Origin: Octopus sinensis
Lineage: Eukaryota
Assembly: GCF_006345805.1 (NCBI RefSeq)
Contig: NC_043004.1
Coordinates: forward strand, 51,956,001 to 52,020,000
Reading direction: 5' to 3'
DNA: 64,000 nt
Shown here: one piece after another, positions 12,477 to 25,422 of the stretch
How the letters are laid out: every line of letters starts with the position of its first letter
How positions within the stretch are numbered: the first letter of the stretch is position 1
Made by a program: the position numbers and the translations under genes
Notes under the pieces: model-generated
What the model saw: only the letters and a program-made list of their open reading frames with translations
Database searches by the model: none
What the model was told of the DNA's origin: nothing

Positions 12477-12570
12477 CCTCCCTGCTTCCATCTCCTGAGC
12501 GCCTATTAATATAATACTGTAATTGTTCCTGTGTGTTGTGTTTTTTTGTTTCCCTTTTGGATTAAAATTA
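12477..12570 (+). mobile_element. Penelope-type tail fragment lacking the hammerhead part
   Basis: tcctgagcgcctattaata...gtttcccttttggattaa resembles the distal part of the 9.1 kb and 30.1 kb tails; followed by (TA)n. Confidence 0.55.
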
Positions 12571-12576
12571 TTATAT

Positions 12577-12701
<125 letters not shown>

Positions 12702-12708
12702 ATATATA

Positions 12709-13112
12709 GGCGCAGGGTTGGCTGTGTGGTAAGTAGCTTGCCTACCAACCACATGGTTCTGGGTTCAGTCCCACTGCGTGGCATCTTGGGAAAGTGTCTT
12801 CTGCTATAGCCTCGGGCCGACCATGCCTTGTGAGTGGATTTGGTAGACTGAAACTGAAAGAAGTCTGTCGTATATGTATATATATGTATGTATGTTATAT
12901 GTTTGTGTGTCTGTGTTTGTCCCCCTAGCATTGCTTGACAACCGATGCTGGTTGTTTACGTCCCCGTCACTTAGCGGTTCGGCAAAAGACACCGATAGAA
13001 TAAGTACTGGGCCTACAAAGAATAAGTCCCGGGATCGATTTGCTCAACTAAAGGCGGTGCTCCAGCATGGCCGCAGTCAGATGTCTGAAACAAGTAAAAG
13101 AGTAAAAAAGAG
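12709..13112 (+). mobile_element. tRNA-derived SINE family B
   Basis: ggcgcagg..tggctgtgtggtaag head, gggttcagtccc B-box-like motif, internal (TA)/(TG) tract, (AAAAGAGT) tail. Confidence 0.92.
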
Positions 13113-13114
13113 TA

Positions 13115-13148
<34 letters not shown>

Positions 13149-13346
13149 ATATATATATTATATATACACATATTAAGTATGTATGTATGTGTATATTTAT
13201 ATATTTAATTATATATATATATATATATATGAATATATAGATATACCCGAAGGTTCACAAATATCGATAAAACATCAATAACTGTGTGGTTTATATATAC
13301 GTAATTTTCTCTATTCCCCTCTTTCTCTCTCTGACTATACACACAC

Positions 13347-13384
<38 letters not shown>

Positions 13385-13899
13385 TATCATGTACATATAA
13401 GTGCATACAATATATATATATATATATACACAGATGTCTCATGTATTTACATATTATATACACACCCCACCACGCACACACATAGGCATATATATGAACA
13501 CACACATAGACACACACTAACACACACACGTACACACACACGTACACACACGTACACACACGTACGTATAAACCCAAATGCATACGTATATATATACATA
13601 TATGTTCGTTAGTTATTTGTGAATCTTAATGACTGATTTGAAGATTCATTTTCGAAAGCAAAGTTATTTTTTAAATGTATTCTCCTTTAACCTCATCAAA
13701 GAGAGCACTTTAAACTTTCAATATATCTAGTTAGCAAATTTAGTTTGTTCTTTCAACTTTAGTTGAAATATTTTGTTTGCTTTCTCTTCGTTGTTAACTC
13801 TCTCCTTTGTTGTTGAATTGGTTTTTACATAATTAATGAACCAGTCGGTGATGTGTGGGTATAATTATGGTCGTGGGATTGTGAGCTTGTATATATATA

Positions 13900-13979
<80 letters not shown>

Positions 13980-14022
13980 CATATATATATATATAAATAT
14001 ATATATATATAAGATAGGAAGT

Positions 14023-14053
<31 letters not shown>

Positions 14054-14205
14054 ATAATATCTTACATACATACGCGCGTTCACACAAACGCACACACATA
14101 TGTTTAAAGTAAACACCCACACAAAGACTCCTAGAAATACACGTAAGCATATATCTATGTCGGTGCTCCTAAAAGCATGCTATACATACATACGAACGTA
14201 GGTAC

Positions 14206-14237
<32 letters not shown>

Positions 14238-14607
14238 GCACATGTATATACATTTATATATATACAGGCAACATATATATATATATATACATATGCATAC
14301 ACACACACACACACATACACACACAACACACACACACATTATATATATATATATATATATATACATATATACACATACACTCACTCATTTGCGCACGCTG
14401 CAGCCGGTTTCAGTTATAATTTGCTGCTAGTCGTTTATTATATTTGTTTATTTGTGTCTGTGTTTTCTTTTAAAAAAAAGGTAACTCACGAGAATTGTTG
14501 ATAAATGCGACCCACATGAGATGTTCATGGTCGGATTGCTGAAAATGACTTTAGTTTAATTTTGATTAGGGATAAACCGGCTAAAACTAACCAACACCTC
14601 AACAGCA

Positions 14608-14735
14608 TGAAGAAGAAGAAGTACGAGAAGAAAAAGAAGAAAAAGAAGAAGAAGAAGAAGAAGAAGAAGAAGAAGAAGAAGAAGAAGAAGAAGAAGAAGA
14701 AGAAGAAGAAGAAGAAGAAAAAGTGGAAGAAGAAG
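14608..14735. repeat. (GAA)n microsatellite
   Basis: Direct reading; explains the poly-K/poly-F ORFs. Confidence 0.95.
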
Positions 14736-15838
14736 AACAACAATGATAGCATCAACAACAATATCAACAATAAAAACAAAGCGTTAATCTCATGTGAAAC
14801 TGTTATATAGACATACGAGAACCATACTATCTCGCTGACCGACAATGCAGTTACAACGATAAACTTAAGTCTACAGAATTAAGGTTGATCTGCAACTAAA
14901 TATCGTGATCGTCGTTTCCAACAACAATATACAATAACAAGAATAAAAAGCAAAAATAATAAGATTAAAGAGAAAAGCATTACTGAATATTTACATCAAT
15001 AATGCTAGACAGAAAGTATTCGATTCACACCTCTCGAACTCTCGTCAGACAATTAATTTAGTTTTTAACTTTAGGAAAGTCTTTGTTTTGCATTTAGTAT
15101 TGAAAAGACAATGAGCATTGATCTATCGATTACCTTTTCTCCTATTGCGGCTATTTATGTAATTCTTAAATAATTAAAGTTGTGTTGTTGTCTGTCACTC
15201 ACCAACGAATATAGGTTGGCAACATGTGCCATGTTTTCGCTAATTGTTTTAGGTGCCTATGTAGTCATGAGCAGATATACATCCTTTTCAGACCATACCC
15301 TTGACCTAGTGGTATATGTGTACATCTAGGATGGGAAGGCTCGAGTAAAAGAGGACTGTACCAGTATATGCCAAATCAGACTGATGCAACATAAAATGGA
15401 GTGCTTTACTCAAAACCAAATCAAGCTGTCCGCACCAGGAATAGAAATAGCAGCCTTAGTTTCCTGAGCCAATCACACGAAGAACTAGACAATTCGCATA
15501 TAGAATACCTCCCCAATATAGACCCCATTACACGGAAACTGTGATAGAAAATGCCACATTTTCTATCTTTTTTGCACTGGACCAAAATATCTGGCCTTCT
15601 GTTCAATATCACTTTATCGATCTGTAAGTTACAGCCCCAGAGGATGTTAACCCTTTGGTATTTTGTAGATAGTGGTTATACTATTTAACCTCACTAATAG
15701 GACCATTTTTCTGACACAGTCCTATATAGATGACACTGATCACATTATCATGTTTGAGTGTATATTTTGATTCTACGCGTAAAATTGGCCAGTCCCGTTC
15801 ACCGCAGAATCTTTCACGGACATGATATATCTTGCTAG

Positions 15839-16223
15839 CGGAGGCGCAATGGCCCAGTGGTTAGGGCAGCGGACTCGCGGTCATAGGATCGCGGTTTCGC
15901 TTCCCAGACCGGGCGTTGTGAGTGTTTATTGAGCGAAAACACCTAAAGCTCCACGAGGCTCCGGCAGGGGATGATGGTGATCCCTGCTGTACTCTTTCAC
16001 CACAACTTTCTCTCACTCTTACTTCCTGTTTCTGTTGTACCTGTATTTCAAAGGGCCGGCCTTGTCACTCTCTGTGTCACGCTGAATATCCCCGAGAACT
16101 ACGTTAAGGGTATACGTGTCTGTGGAGTACTTAGTCACTTACACGTTAATTTCACGAGCAGGCTGTTCCGTTGATTCGGATCAACCGGAACCCTCGTCGT
16201 CGTAACCTACGGAGTGCTTCCAC
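15839..16223 (+). mobile_element. tRNA-derived SINE family A with 10-bp TSD
   Basis: Head ggaggcgcaatggcccagtggttaggg (A box) and ggtttcgcttcc (B-box-like); atcttgctag at 15829-15838 and 16224-16233. Confidence 0.92.
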
Positions 16224-16289
16224 ATCTTGCTAGTTGCTGTTTTTCTTTTATTTGATTTATGCTAATAATAATAATTATTATTATTATTA

Positions 16290-16698
16290 AAGATGTCGTA
16301 CAATACCCAATATTTTGATGCGGTAGATTAAAGATAATGTGTGTACTGAGTGTTTGTACTGTCTGTCAAGTCACAAGACAGTACTTTACGCAGTATGCGT
16401 GGAGTTACAAGTAAAGCCGATATTTGCAATGCATCAATATTTTAGGGTGTTTCTAAAGTGTTTCTTCAGGTTGGGTGGTATTGAACCCAATGCTCCGGTG
16501 ATAACAGGAACAACCTTTATGTTCGACTCTCCTAGCTACCACATATTGGCGATCTCAATTCCCAGGTCTCCATCTTTATAAATCTTTTCTATTTCTTTCA
16601 TGATAATATGTCGATCTTCTGCTACTGACACGTCAATTATTAGGCACTCTTGTTTGTCCCTCCCAGAGATTACTATATCCAGCTTTCGGTGCGCTATA
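16290..16698 (-). mobile_element. 5'-truncated R4/Dong-like LINE 3' end (REL endonuclease)
   Basis: HRKLDIV...ECLIIDVSVAED...EKIYKDGDLGIEIANMW, then VVPVITGALGS and ILRKVLS; ends in (AAT)n on its sense strand. Confidence 0.85.
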
Positions 16699-16727
16699 AT
16701 AGTAATAACAACAACAACAACAACAAC

Positions 16728-16786
<59 letters not shown>

Positions 16787-16880
16787 TAATAATTATCATC
16801 ATCATCATTATTATTATTTTTATTATTATATTTTTATTATTATTATTATTATATTATTTTTATTATATTATTATTATTAT

Positions 16881-17433
16881 GAGTGAGAGAGCAGTGCATG
16901 CCATCAAAGTGACACTGGGGTAAAATATACGAAGCCCAGTATACCCATCATGACTACCCGTCTGATAAGGGTACACCGGGCACATGCATCACAACCATAT
17001 GTGCGCGATATGGTGATCTCATATCAAGATAAACAGCACATGACCTTGCAGGTGGGGCCCAGTTAGAATTTTCTTCTGGTCGAGTAGCCCATCCCACTCA
17101 AAAGGTCCTTGAATAAGGGTTATTTAAGGATGTTAAATGAAACACCCATGTTCCAGAGGTGAATTATTTAAACCCCAAATAATCCCTCTCGACACATGGC
17201 TATGATGCTCCCCCACTACTTCTGCTCGTGATCAGAGCTGCACATATCGTCAGCCACTAAAGGACATGCTCAACTGGTTAAGGTCAAACAACTGACAAGC
17301 AAATCTGTGGTATTGAGCAGAATATTTGCTGTAGCCCATCTTTTATACCAAGACAAAACAATGTACATGATAACACTTCCAATCAGTTAAGATCAGAAGC
17401 CATGAGAGCCACTGCCTGGTACTGCATCAGGGC
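16881..17433 (-). mobile_element. ~554-bp non-coding (AAT)n-embedded repeat, full copy
   Basis: Reverse complement of 59089-59642; (ATT)n on both sides on the plus strand. Confidence 0.9.
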
Positions 17434-17842
17434 ATTATTATTATTATTATTATTATTTTCAGTACATAATTATTTTACTGAAACCACTTTAATGTAATGA
17501 CTTGGAGAAATATATCTATTCAACGAACATTGTTTTGAACGGACAAAAAGGAAAAAGAGACATAAAGTGAGAAAGAGACGAGTAGAGAAATGAAGGGAAT
17601 AAAAAAAGAAATTAAAAGAAAGAAAAAAAGTAGCAGAAAAATAAAGAACGGGAAAAGAAGGTGAATGGAAAGCAGATAAAATATATATTTCAATTTAATT
17701 TCTTTTTTCTTTGTTTATTATCTCTCTAAGGAAATGAAAATTCGGAAAAGATTAAAATGGTTATCACGTGTTTAATATAATTCTCAGATTTATTGAGGAT
17801 ATTCTTTACTTTATATTAGTTAACACACACACACAAACAAAT

Positions 17843-17885
<43 letters not shown>

Positions 17886-18340
17886 TGCACACACGAACAA
17901 ATAAACAAGCAAACGCACACACACGCGCGCACACACACTTACACACACCTACAGGCATACGCATGCGCATACACATACGCACAATTATTTTTTATTTAAC
18001 CCGATGTAGAAAATCGAATTGGTAAAAATAAAATTCAAACTATTTTGAAATTATTAGATTGCCTGTACCTAACGTACTAATATACATTCGCATATACACT
18101 CATATACACATATGCACACGCATACATACATGCACACACACAAACATATTTATATCCATATCTATTTATCTGTCTGTCTGTCTGTATGTATGTGTGTGTA
18201 TATATGTAATACGTAATATAATTTACATGAAATGGTTAACACTGACATAGAATTTTCGACCCGATAAACGTCATCATCCTTTGGTTTAAAGTCTGATGTA
18301 CGCCAGCATTCTGAAACTTAGAGTTTATATCAACCTTTTC

Positions 18341-18928
18341 ATTGTTGTTGGCATTCTTTTTGTCTCGGGAGACAATGGGGTTGCGCATAAAATAGTCCAG
18401 TCCGGCTTTTACATTTCATGTCCTGATACATTTCCTGCTGTGGCTGTGTAGTCCTATTCTGGACAAACACTCCCTCTGGCAGGTACCGCAAATGTAGCGA
18501 AGACTGTTCCTGGCTGGTTGTAATGCCATAGTTTCTTGTTGACGTCTTTTCTTGTCTTTCCGTTTCTCCTCTCTCTCTGTCACTCCTTTGTATTCCCTCT
18601 TTTACGGTACGTCGTCAATCTCCACGGGTGCTGGCAATTGCTTCCCAACCGCTAATATTGATGTTGCAGGCCTTCATGTCCCTTTTGCAAACATCCTTGT
18701 AACGTAAGATCGGTCTACCCACAGACCTAGTACCCCTAGCAAGCTCTCCGTAGAGTATGTCCTTGGGGATTCTGCCATCTTTCATACGGCTAACATGCCC
18801 AAGCAATCTCATACGTCTTTGTGTGAGGAGTGCAAACATGTTTGGTATTCCTGCTTGCTTGAGGACATCTTTATTGGGGATATGATTCTGCCATTTGATG
18901 CGGAGGACTTTCCGGTGGCAGCGCAGGT
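18341..18928 (-). mobile_element. 5'-truncated RTE (BovB-like) LINE with 13-bp TSD
   Basis: LRCHRKVLRIKWQ...LLGHVSRMKDGRIPKDILYGEL...GRPILRYKDVCKRDMK; terminal C2H2-like YICGTCQRECLSRIGLHSHSRKC; (CAA) tail; direct repeat tatcaaccttttc at 18328-18340 and 18929-18941. Confidence 0.93.
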
Positions 18929-19125
18929 TATCAACCTTTTCCTTGTACAATATAACAAATCTATGCTCTTCAGCAGCGGTCCACAGCCAAGGCTTGCGGA
19001 CCAGTACCGAGACGCATAGAAATATTAAAGTGCTAAATTTTATTTCTATTTTATTCTCTATCGCAATCTTCCGAATGCTTCTGCATTGTACGTGTATTAT
19101 ATTGTCAAATATGCTTTATATTTGT

Positions 19126-19511
19126 AACGAGAAAAACGACCCCCGTCCAATGGACGGTGCTGAGTTGTCAAACATTTAAACCAAATTTTCTCAAAACAAC
19201 TTGTCCGACCGTTTCATAGGCGTCCCCTTTGAGAAACATTGATTTAACCTAAATTTGAGACACCAGCAAAAGAAGAAATAAAGATAAACTTTTTTTCTAT
19301 TCCAAGAAAAACGATTTTACAAATGCACGTTCCCACGGCTTTATCGATCACATTCTCAACTGGAATCGATTTTTGTAATTTTTTCAAGACTTATGCACGC
19401 CCTGATACTGTCGGTATCTACATATCAAATGTGAGCGCAATCGGATGGAGGATGCCCGAGATCCTAGAAGACACACACACAGATAGACAGAACGGATTTT
19501 ATATAATAGAT
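19126..19511 (+). mobile_element. Non-autonomous Helitron/Helentron-type (Lep1/DINE-like) element
   Basis: 5' hairpin ccgtcc-aat-ggacgg (19143-19157); 3' aatcggatggagg...gagatcc, (ACAG)-like microsatellite and ttttatatataatagat end, a layout typical of these elements. Confidence 0.55.
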
Positions 19512-19704
19512 AATTAAATCATAAATTTTGAACTTCATTGTGTTTTCTTCTGCGCATCATTTCCTGGTCTGGGGAAAAATTGTCTTGCATGAAATTTTTA
19601 AAATTGTTTCTTTATAACTCTACATAAAAACAAACATTAATTCTCTCTCAAGGCTTTGGTTCACTCAGGGCAACGGTGTTGTGAAACGAACTTAACCAAA
19701 TAAC

Positions 19705-20128
19705 TATTTCTTTACTGCCCACAAGTGGCTAAACATAGAGGGGACAAACAAGGACAGACAAAGGGATTAAGTCGATTACATCGACCCCAGTGCGTAACTG
19801 GTACTTAATTTATCGACCCCGAAAGGATGAAAGGCAAAGTCGACCTCGGACGAATTTGAGCTCAGAACGCAACGGCAGGCGAAATACATATTTCTTTACT
19901 ACTCACAAGGGGCTAAACACAGAGAGGACAAACAAGGACAGACAAATGGATTAGGTCGATTATATCGACCCCAGTGCGTAACTGGTACTTATTTAATCGA
20001 CCCCGAAAGGATGAAAGGCAAAGTCGACCTCGGCGGAATTTGAACCCAGAACGTAACGGCAGGCGAAATACCGCTAAGCATTTCACCCGGCGTGCTAACG
20101 GTTCTGCCAGCTCGCCGCCTCGCCAAAT
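19705..20128 (-). mobile_element. SINE family C, internally duplicated (dimeric), with 16-bp TSD
   Basis: Two tandem body copies and one head; aacttaaccaaataac at 19689-19704 and 20129-20144. Confidence 0.9.
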
Positions 20129-20390
20129 AACTTAACCAAATAACCTATATCTGTTGTCTTTGATTTGCTTCAGCTATATTGTACAATTGGTACACCGCAT
20201 TGTCGGTTTAGTCGAACTCACAATATGTCAAGTATCTATTCTATCGATATCTTTTGCCGAACCGCTAGATGGGGGAGGGGTGGATAAACAAACGAATAAC
20301 AGATTATTGGTTTGTATGAAAGTTGAGGACAGACACAAACATAAAGGGAACACATGCAAATATATACACACAGATACATACATACATACA

Positions 20391-20424
<34 letters not shown>

Positions 20425-20432
20425 CATACATA

Positions 20433-20597
20433 GGCTCAGGAGTGGCTGGGTGGTAAGTAGCTTGCTTACCAACCACATGGTTTCGGGTTCAGTCCCACTG
20501 CGTGGCATCTTGAGCAAGTGTCTTCTGCTATAGCCCCGGGCCGACCAATGCCTTGTGAGTGGATTTGGTAGACGGAAACTGAAAGAAGCCTGTCGTA

Positions 20598-20666
<69 letters not shown>

Positions 20667-20873
20667 ATATGTTTGTGTGTCTGTGTTTCTCCCCTTAGCA
20701 TTGCTTGACAACCGATGCTGGTGTGTTTATGTTCCCGTCAGCTAGCGGTTCGGCAAAAGAAACCGATAGAATAAGTACTGGGCTTACAAAGAATAAGTCC
20801 CGGGGTCGAGTTGCTCGACTAAAGGCGGTGCTCCAGCACGACCGCAGTCAAATGACTGAAACAATTAAAAGAG
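20433..20873 (+). mobile_element. SINE family B
   Basis: Colinear with 12709-13112. Confidence 0.92.
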
Positions 20874-20907
20874 AAAGTGAGAGAGATACATACATACATA
20901 CAAAAAT

Positions 20908-21015
20908 ATGATGTTGATGTTGTTCGGATTCCAATAAAGGAGTCGTGGATCTAGGATAGTGTCAGGCTTTTTCTCTATTGGCAAGATATCTTGAAATAAA
21001 ATTGAATAATGACAT
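20908..21015 (+). repeat. ~105-bp interspersed repeat ending next to a (CATA)/(TATG) tract
   Basis: Reverse complement of 45700-45803 (ctctattggcaaga.atc.tgaaataa). Confidence 0.75.
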
Positions 21016-21500
21016 ACACACGTGCATGTATGTATGTATGTATGTATGTATGTATGTATGTATGTATGTATGTATGTATGCATGTATGTATCTATGTATG
21101 TGTGTACTTATGTATCTATTTGTGTGTATGTATGTATGTATGTATGTATGTATGTATGTAGTATGTATGTATAGGTTAGTATATACTACGAACTTCCACA
21201 GAATTTCCGCCTACTAGACTCATTCTAATGGCGCGGTAGAAGGTACTTGCCAGAGACGCTGCAGAGTGGGAATGAACCCACAACTATATGTTTGCTAAAC
21301 GACACAGTCTTGTCTACTCCAATTTTAGCTTTATTACAACTTTCTTATTGCACAACTTCAGCAGGTTTGCTAAATCGAAAACAGGGTGTTATCTTCACCC
21401 TGAAGATCTGACACAAAGGCAGGCAACATAGTTGACTCCATTTAAGGAACCCAAGATTCAGGTAGCCGTCTTAAAATGTCCTTTTTTTTCTATCTTTTAG

Positions 21501-21566
21501 TCAAGAAGAAGGCAATGCTCATGACCCATTACAGTGATCTGCGACTAATGAGACGGAAGCAGGAAG
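21501..21566 (+). CDS. Possible 66-nt symmetric (phase 1-1) exon
   Basis: Strong acceptor cttttttttctatcttttag|, one open frame KKKAMLMTHYSDLRLMRRKQE, donor GAAG|GTATTT. No partner exon identified. Confidence 0.2.
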
Positions 21567-22610
21567 GTATTTTTAATCCAGAAATCTGGCTCCAATGCGT
21601 GCACTCGCGCTTCCTTATCACCTGGAATGTTCTGCAATTCCTGATAATCTGTTGTCGTTTGAGTCCAAGTCATTGGCGAGTGATTATGTCAGAAGGTTTT
21701 GGCGAGTGGTGAATATACTGGATCGCAGCGTGAGACAACCAAAGTAGTTCTTCTCAGAAACTGCACTCGACCGCGACAAGGTATCTTCTGATTTTTATAA
21801 GCATGGTAATCGTAAGAATTAAAAAAAATTTCTGTAAAAGAGTCTGATATAGTAAGTACCATGCTTTAAAAAATAACTATTTGAGTTGATACCTTCGACT
21901 AAAATTTCAATATGGTGCCCCAGCATAGCCGCAGCTAACTGACTGAAACAAGTTAGGGATAAATATATATTTGGTTAACTTTCGTGCAAGTCAATGCATT
22001 CGGCTCCAACGTAATATCCATGCGATACATAACGAATGTAAGGCGAGCCACCGTTCGAATTATGCTAACAAGAGTCCCCCCACCCCACGCAACCTAACCA
22101 GCTTTGTTCGGTACCATTGTTCCGGCTTCAGATCAAAATGCTACTGTGTTATCAGTAACTGAAAGTTAACAAGGCATATTAGAATGCCTTTGAGTTTATT
22201 TCTATTTTTCGGCTTGTTTTAAATGATAAATAACACCTGTTTTACGAGTTTTCGATTAACAAGCGATAAATAAGAACGAGTTAACCCCGCCAAGTAGAAA
22301 ACTATTTTCTTGTATAAAGTATGGTAGCTCAGACAGACCAGAATAATCTGATAATGGAAGACTTCAACGGGAACTATATAATCTTACACAGCCAAATAAT
22401 TTACGTGTACCAAATGTTGTCAGTATTTTACAAAACTAAGATAAAGCTAAAGAGTGGTTTTAGCTTTATCTTAGCCTAAGGTAAGTCAGAAGTTTGTACC
22501 GTCATGTTTAATAATGAAGATATTAAATGCAGTGGTGCGAAACACTTCCAAATTTCGACAATGATTTCACTTATGTTTTATCTCATAATTTCATACATTT
22601 ATACGCATTG

Positions 22611-22946
22611 GGAAGGCGCATGGCTCAGTGGTTAGAGCGTCGAGCTTACGATCGTGAGGTTGTGAGCTCGAATCCCGGACAGGGCTGCGTGTTGTGTTCT
22701 TGAGCAAGGCACTTTATTTCACGTTGCTCCAGTTCACTCAGCTGTAGAAATGAGTTGCGACGTCACTGGTGCCAAGCTGTATCTACCTTTGTCTTTCCCT
22801 TGGATAACACTGGTGGCGTGGAGAGGGAGGCTGGTAAGCATGGGCGACTGCTGGTCTTCCATAAACAACCTCGCCCGGACTTGTGTCTAGGAGGGTAACT
22901 TTCTAGGTGCAATCCCATGGTCTGTGTCGTGACCGAAGGGGGTCTC
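22611..22946 (+). mobile_element. tRNA-derived SINE family D (CORE-like centre, RTE-like tail)
   Basis: A box tggctcagtggttagagc, B-box-like gagctcgaatccc, central ttcttgagcaaggcact...cagctgtagaaatg, tail gtgcaatcccatggtc. Confidence 0.8.
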
Positions 22947-23499
22947 CGATACGCATAGGTGGTGGTGTGTGTGTATGTGTGCGCGCGTGTCTGCATGTGT
23001 AGTTACTTTCGTTTATTTTCTAACATTCCGAAATCTGTTATCACTGATGATGTTATTGTCGTTGTTTTGTAGTTGTTGCAATTGCTTCTAACGAATATTG
23101 ATTTCAATATTGGCACAAGAAAGGCCACGCAATTCGAGGGAGGGGACGAAGTCTATTAAATCGATCCCAGTGCTCAACTGGTACTTTTTTATCGACCCCG
23201 AAAGGATGAATGGCAAAGCCTATAACAAATATTTTATTATAATATCAAATTAATTCTTTATTAAAGTTAATAGTTAAATAGACAAAGAAAACTGCACACT
23301 TAACCTATATAATAAAAGTGAATAATAATCCCCTACCCACGGGGCATTGCATCACTCAACACGAGATAGAGTATCATATATGTAATACTTATTCTTGCAA
23401 CAGGAATGCAAAAATTCCTTATAAAGGTCTCTAAAATATAAATAAATAAATAGATAAAAATGAGCGTGTGGGAGAGTTACCATAATATTAGCTAAAAAA

Positions 23500-23800
23500 A
23501 ATCCGGCACTCTGTCGCTCACGACGACGAGAGACCAAGTTGATACGATCGACGGAACAGCCTGCACGTGAAATTAACGTACAAGTGGCTGTGCACTCCAC
23601 AGACACATGTGCCCTTCACGTAGTTGTCAGGGAGACTCAGTGAGACCTAGAATGTGACGAAGCTCGCCCTTTGAAATATAGGTACTACTCATTTTTGCCC
23701 CAGCTGAGTGGACTGGAGCAACGTCAAATAAAGCGTGTTGTTCAGGGACACAACGCGTCGCAGGGGATTGAAATCGTGACCTTAGGATCGTTAGCCAAAC
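23500..23800 (-). mobile_element. SINE family A-related partial copy
   Basis: Shares the family A 3' half (gaacagcctgc...cttcacgtag). Confidence 0.7.
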
Positions 23801-23934
23801 CAAGCCAAGCTCATTTACTGAGAAAGTAAAACAAATGCCAACTAGCAAATGACGATCACATTCATGTTTCAGTCATCTTAGGTTCCGCCAGCCACGCACA
23901 TTTACCTCCGCTGTCTTGGCTTAGACGTGATCAA

Positions 23935-24324
23935 TATAGGAGCACTCCGTCGGTTGCGACGATGAGGGTCCCAGCTGATACGATCAACGGAACAGCTTGC
24001 TCGTGATATTAACGTACAAGTGGCTGAGCACTCCACAGACACGTGTACCCTTAACGTAGTTCTCGAGGAGATTCAGCGTGACACACAGAATGTGACAAGG
24101 CTGGCCCTTTGAAATACAGGTACAAGAGAAACAGGAAGAAAGAGCGAGAGAAAGTTGTGGTGAAAGAGTACAGCAGGGTTCAACACCACCCCCTGCCGGA
24201 GCCTCGTGGAGCTTTAGGTGTTTTCGCTCAATAAACACTCACAATGCCCGGTCTGGGAATCGAAACCGTGAACCTCCGACCGCGAGTCCACTGCCCTAAC
24301 CACTGGGCCATTGCGCCTCCACTT
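23935..24324 (-). mobile_element. SINE family A with 10-bp TSD
   Basis: Reverse complement of 15839-16223; acgtgatcaa at 23925-23934 and 24325-24334. Confidence 0.92.
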
Positions 24325-24924
24325 ACGTGATCAAACACGTATAAAGATAAGCGGAACGGGATGAGTACAGTATGAATATAAAAACTAAAATACGGAAACG
24401 CAGGGACATATATTTGTGTGTGTGAGTATGTGTATCTTGATAGGTGGTGGTGGGGTGTGTATGTGAGTATGAGTGTCTTGATAGGTGGTGGTGGAGTGTA
24501 TGTGTGTAAATATGCATGAAGGCAGGTGTAATTCGTTTTGGAGTATTATGCAATGATGCATTTTGGAAGTAATACAAGAAGCGTGGATTAGTTCACCTCC
24601 GGTTTCCAAGAAACAAGAGCAGACAGTCCTCAATACGTTACGTACAGTTTATACACTTGTTTTATTTTACTTTCATTATAAGAAATTAGAAACTTTTAGT
24701 GAAATATCATATTAATCCTGTTTGATAAGGAGAAGCCCGAAGCTTAAGTAACAGAGCTGGAGGTTCAGACGTTTCTCATGCGCACGCATGTATAAGCATG
24801 TGTGTATGTTTGTATGTATGTACGCATATTTGTGGATATATATATATATATATATATGTGTGTATATTTGTATATATGCATATATGTGTGTGTGCATATA
24901 CTTATCTGTGCGTGCGTGTGCGTG

Positions 24925-24998
<74 letters not shown>

Positions 24999-25422
24999 GC
25001 ATATATGCACATACAATATATGCATGTATAATGTACAGTTTTATATTGCGCGTCGCTACGTTTACGCTTGTATACGTAGTTGTACAGATATACACATATC
25101 AATATTCATACGTACATAAATACACAAACGGATACGCACATACACAAATAGACGCGCGCATTTTATATATATATATATATATACATACATAAAAATCCTA
25201 CACGTCTGTATATACAGTAAGCTATGTATATATATATATATATATATAATATATATATATATATGATTATTTATAATTATATGTAAAGTAATGCACATCT
25301 AGTAATAAGTATACGTTCATATATATTTATGTACTTATATGTATACATCCATAAGTCGATTCAAATAATTATGAGCATATATTTGAGTGCATATGTATAA
25401 TTCGTATATATGTATATATATA

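Noticed and set aside
15839-15915. tRNA-like sequences at the heads of families A, B, C and D
   Set aside because: They continue into repeat bodies with TSDs and lack a complete cloverleaf; they are SINE heads, not tRNA genes.
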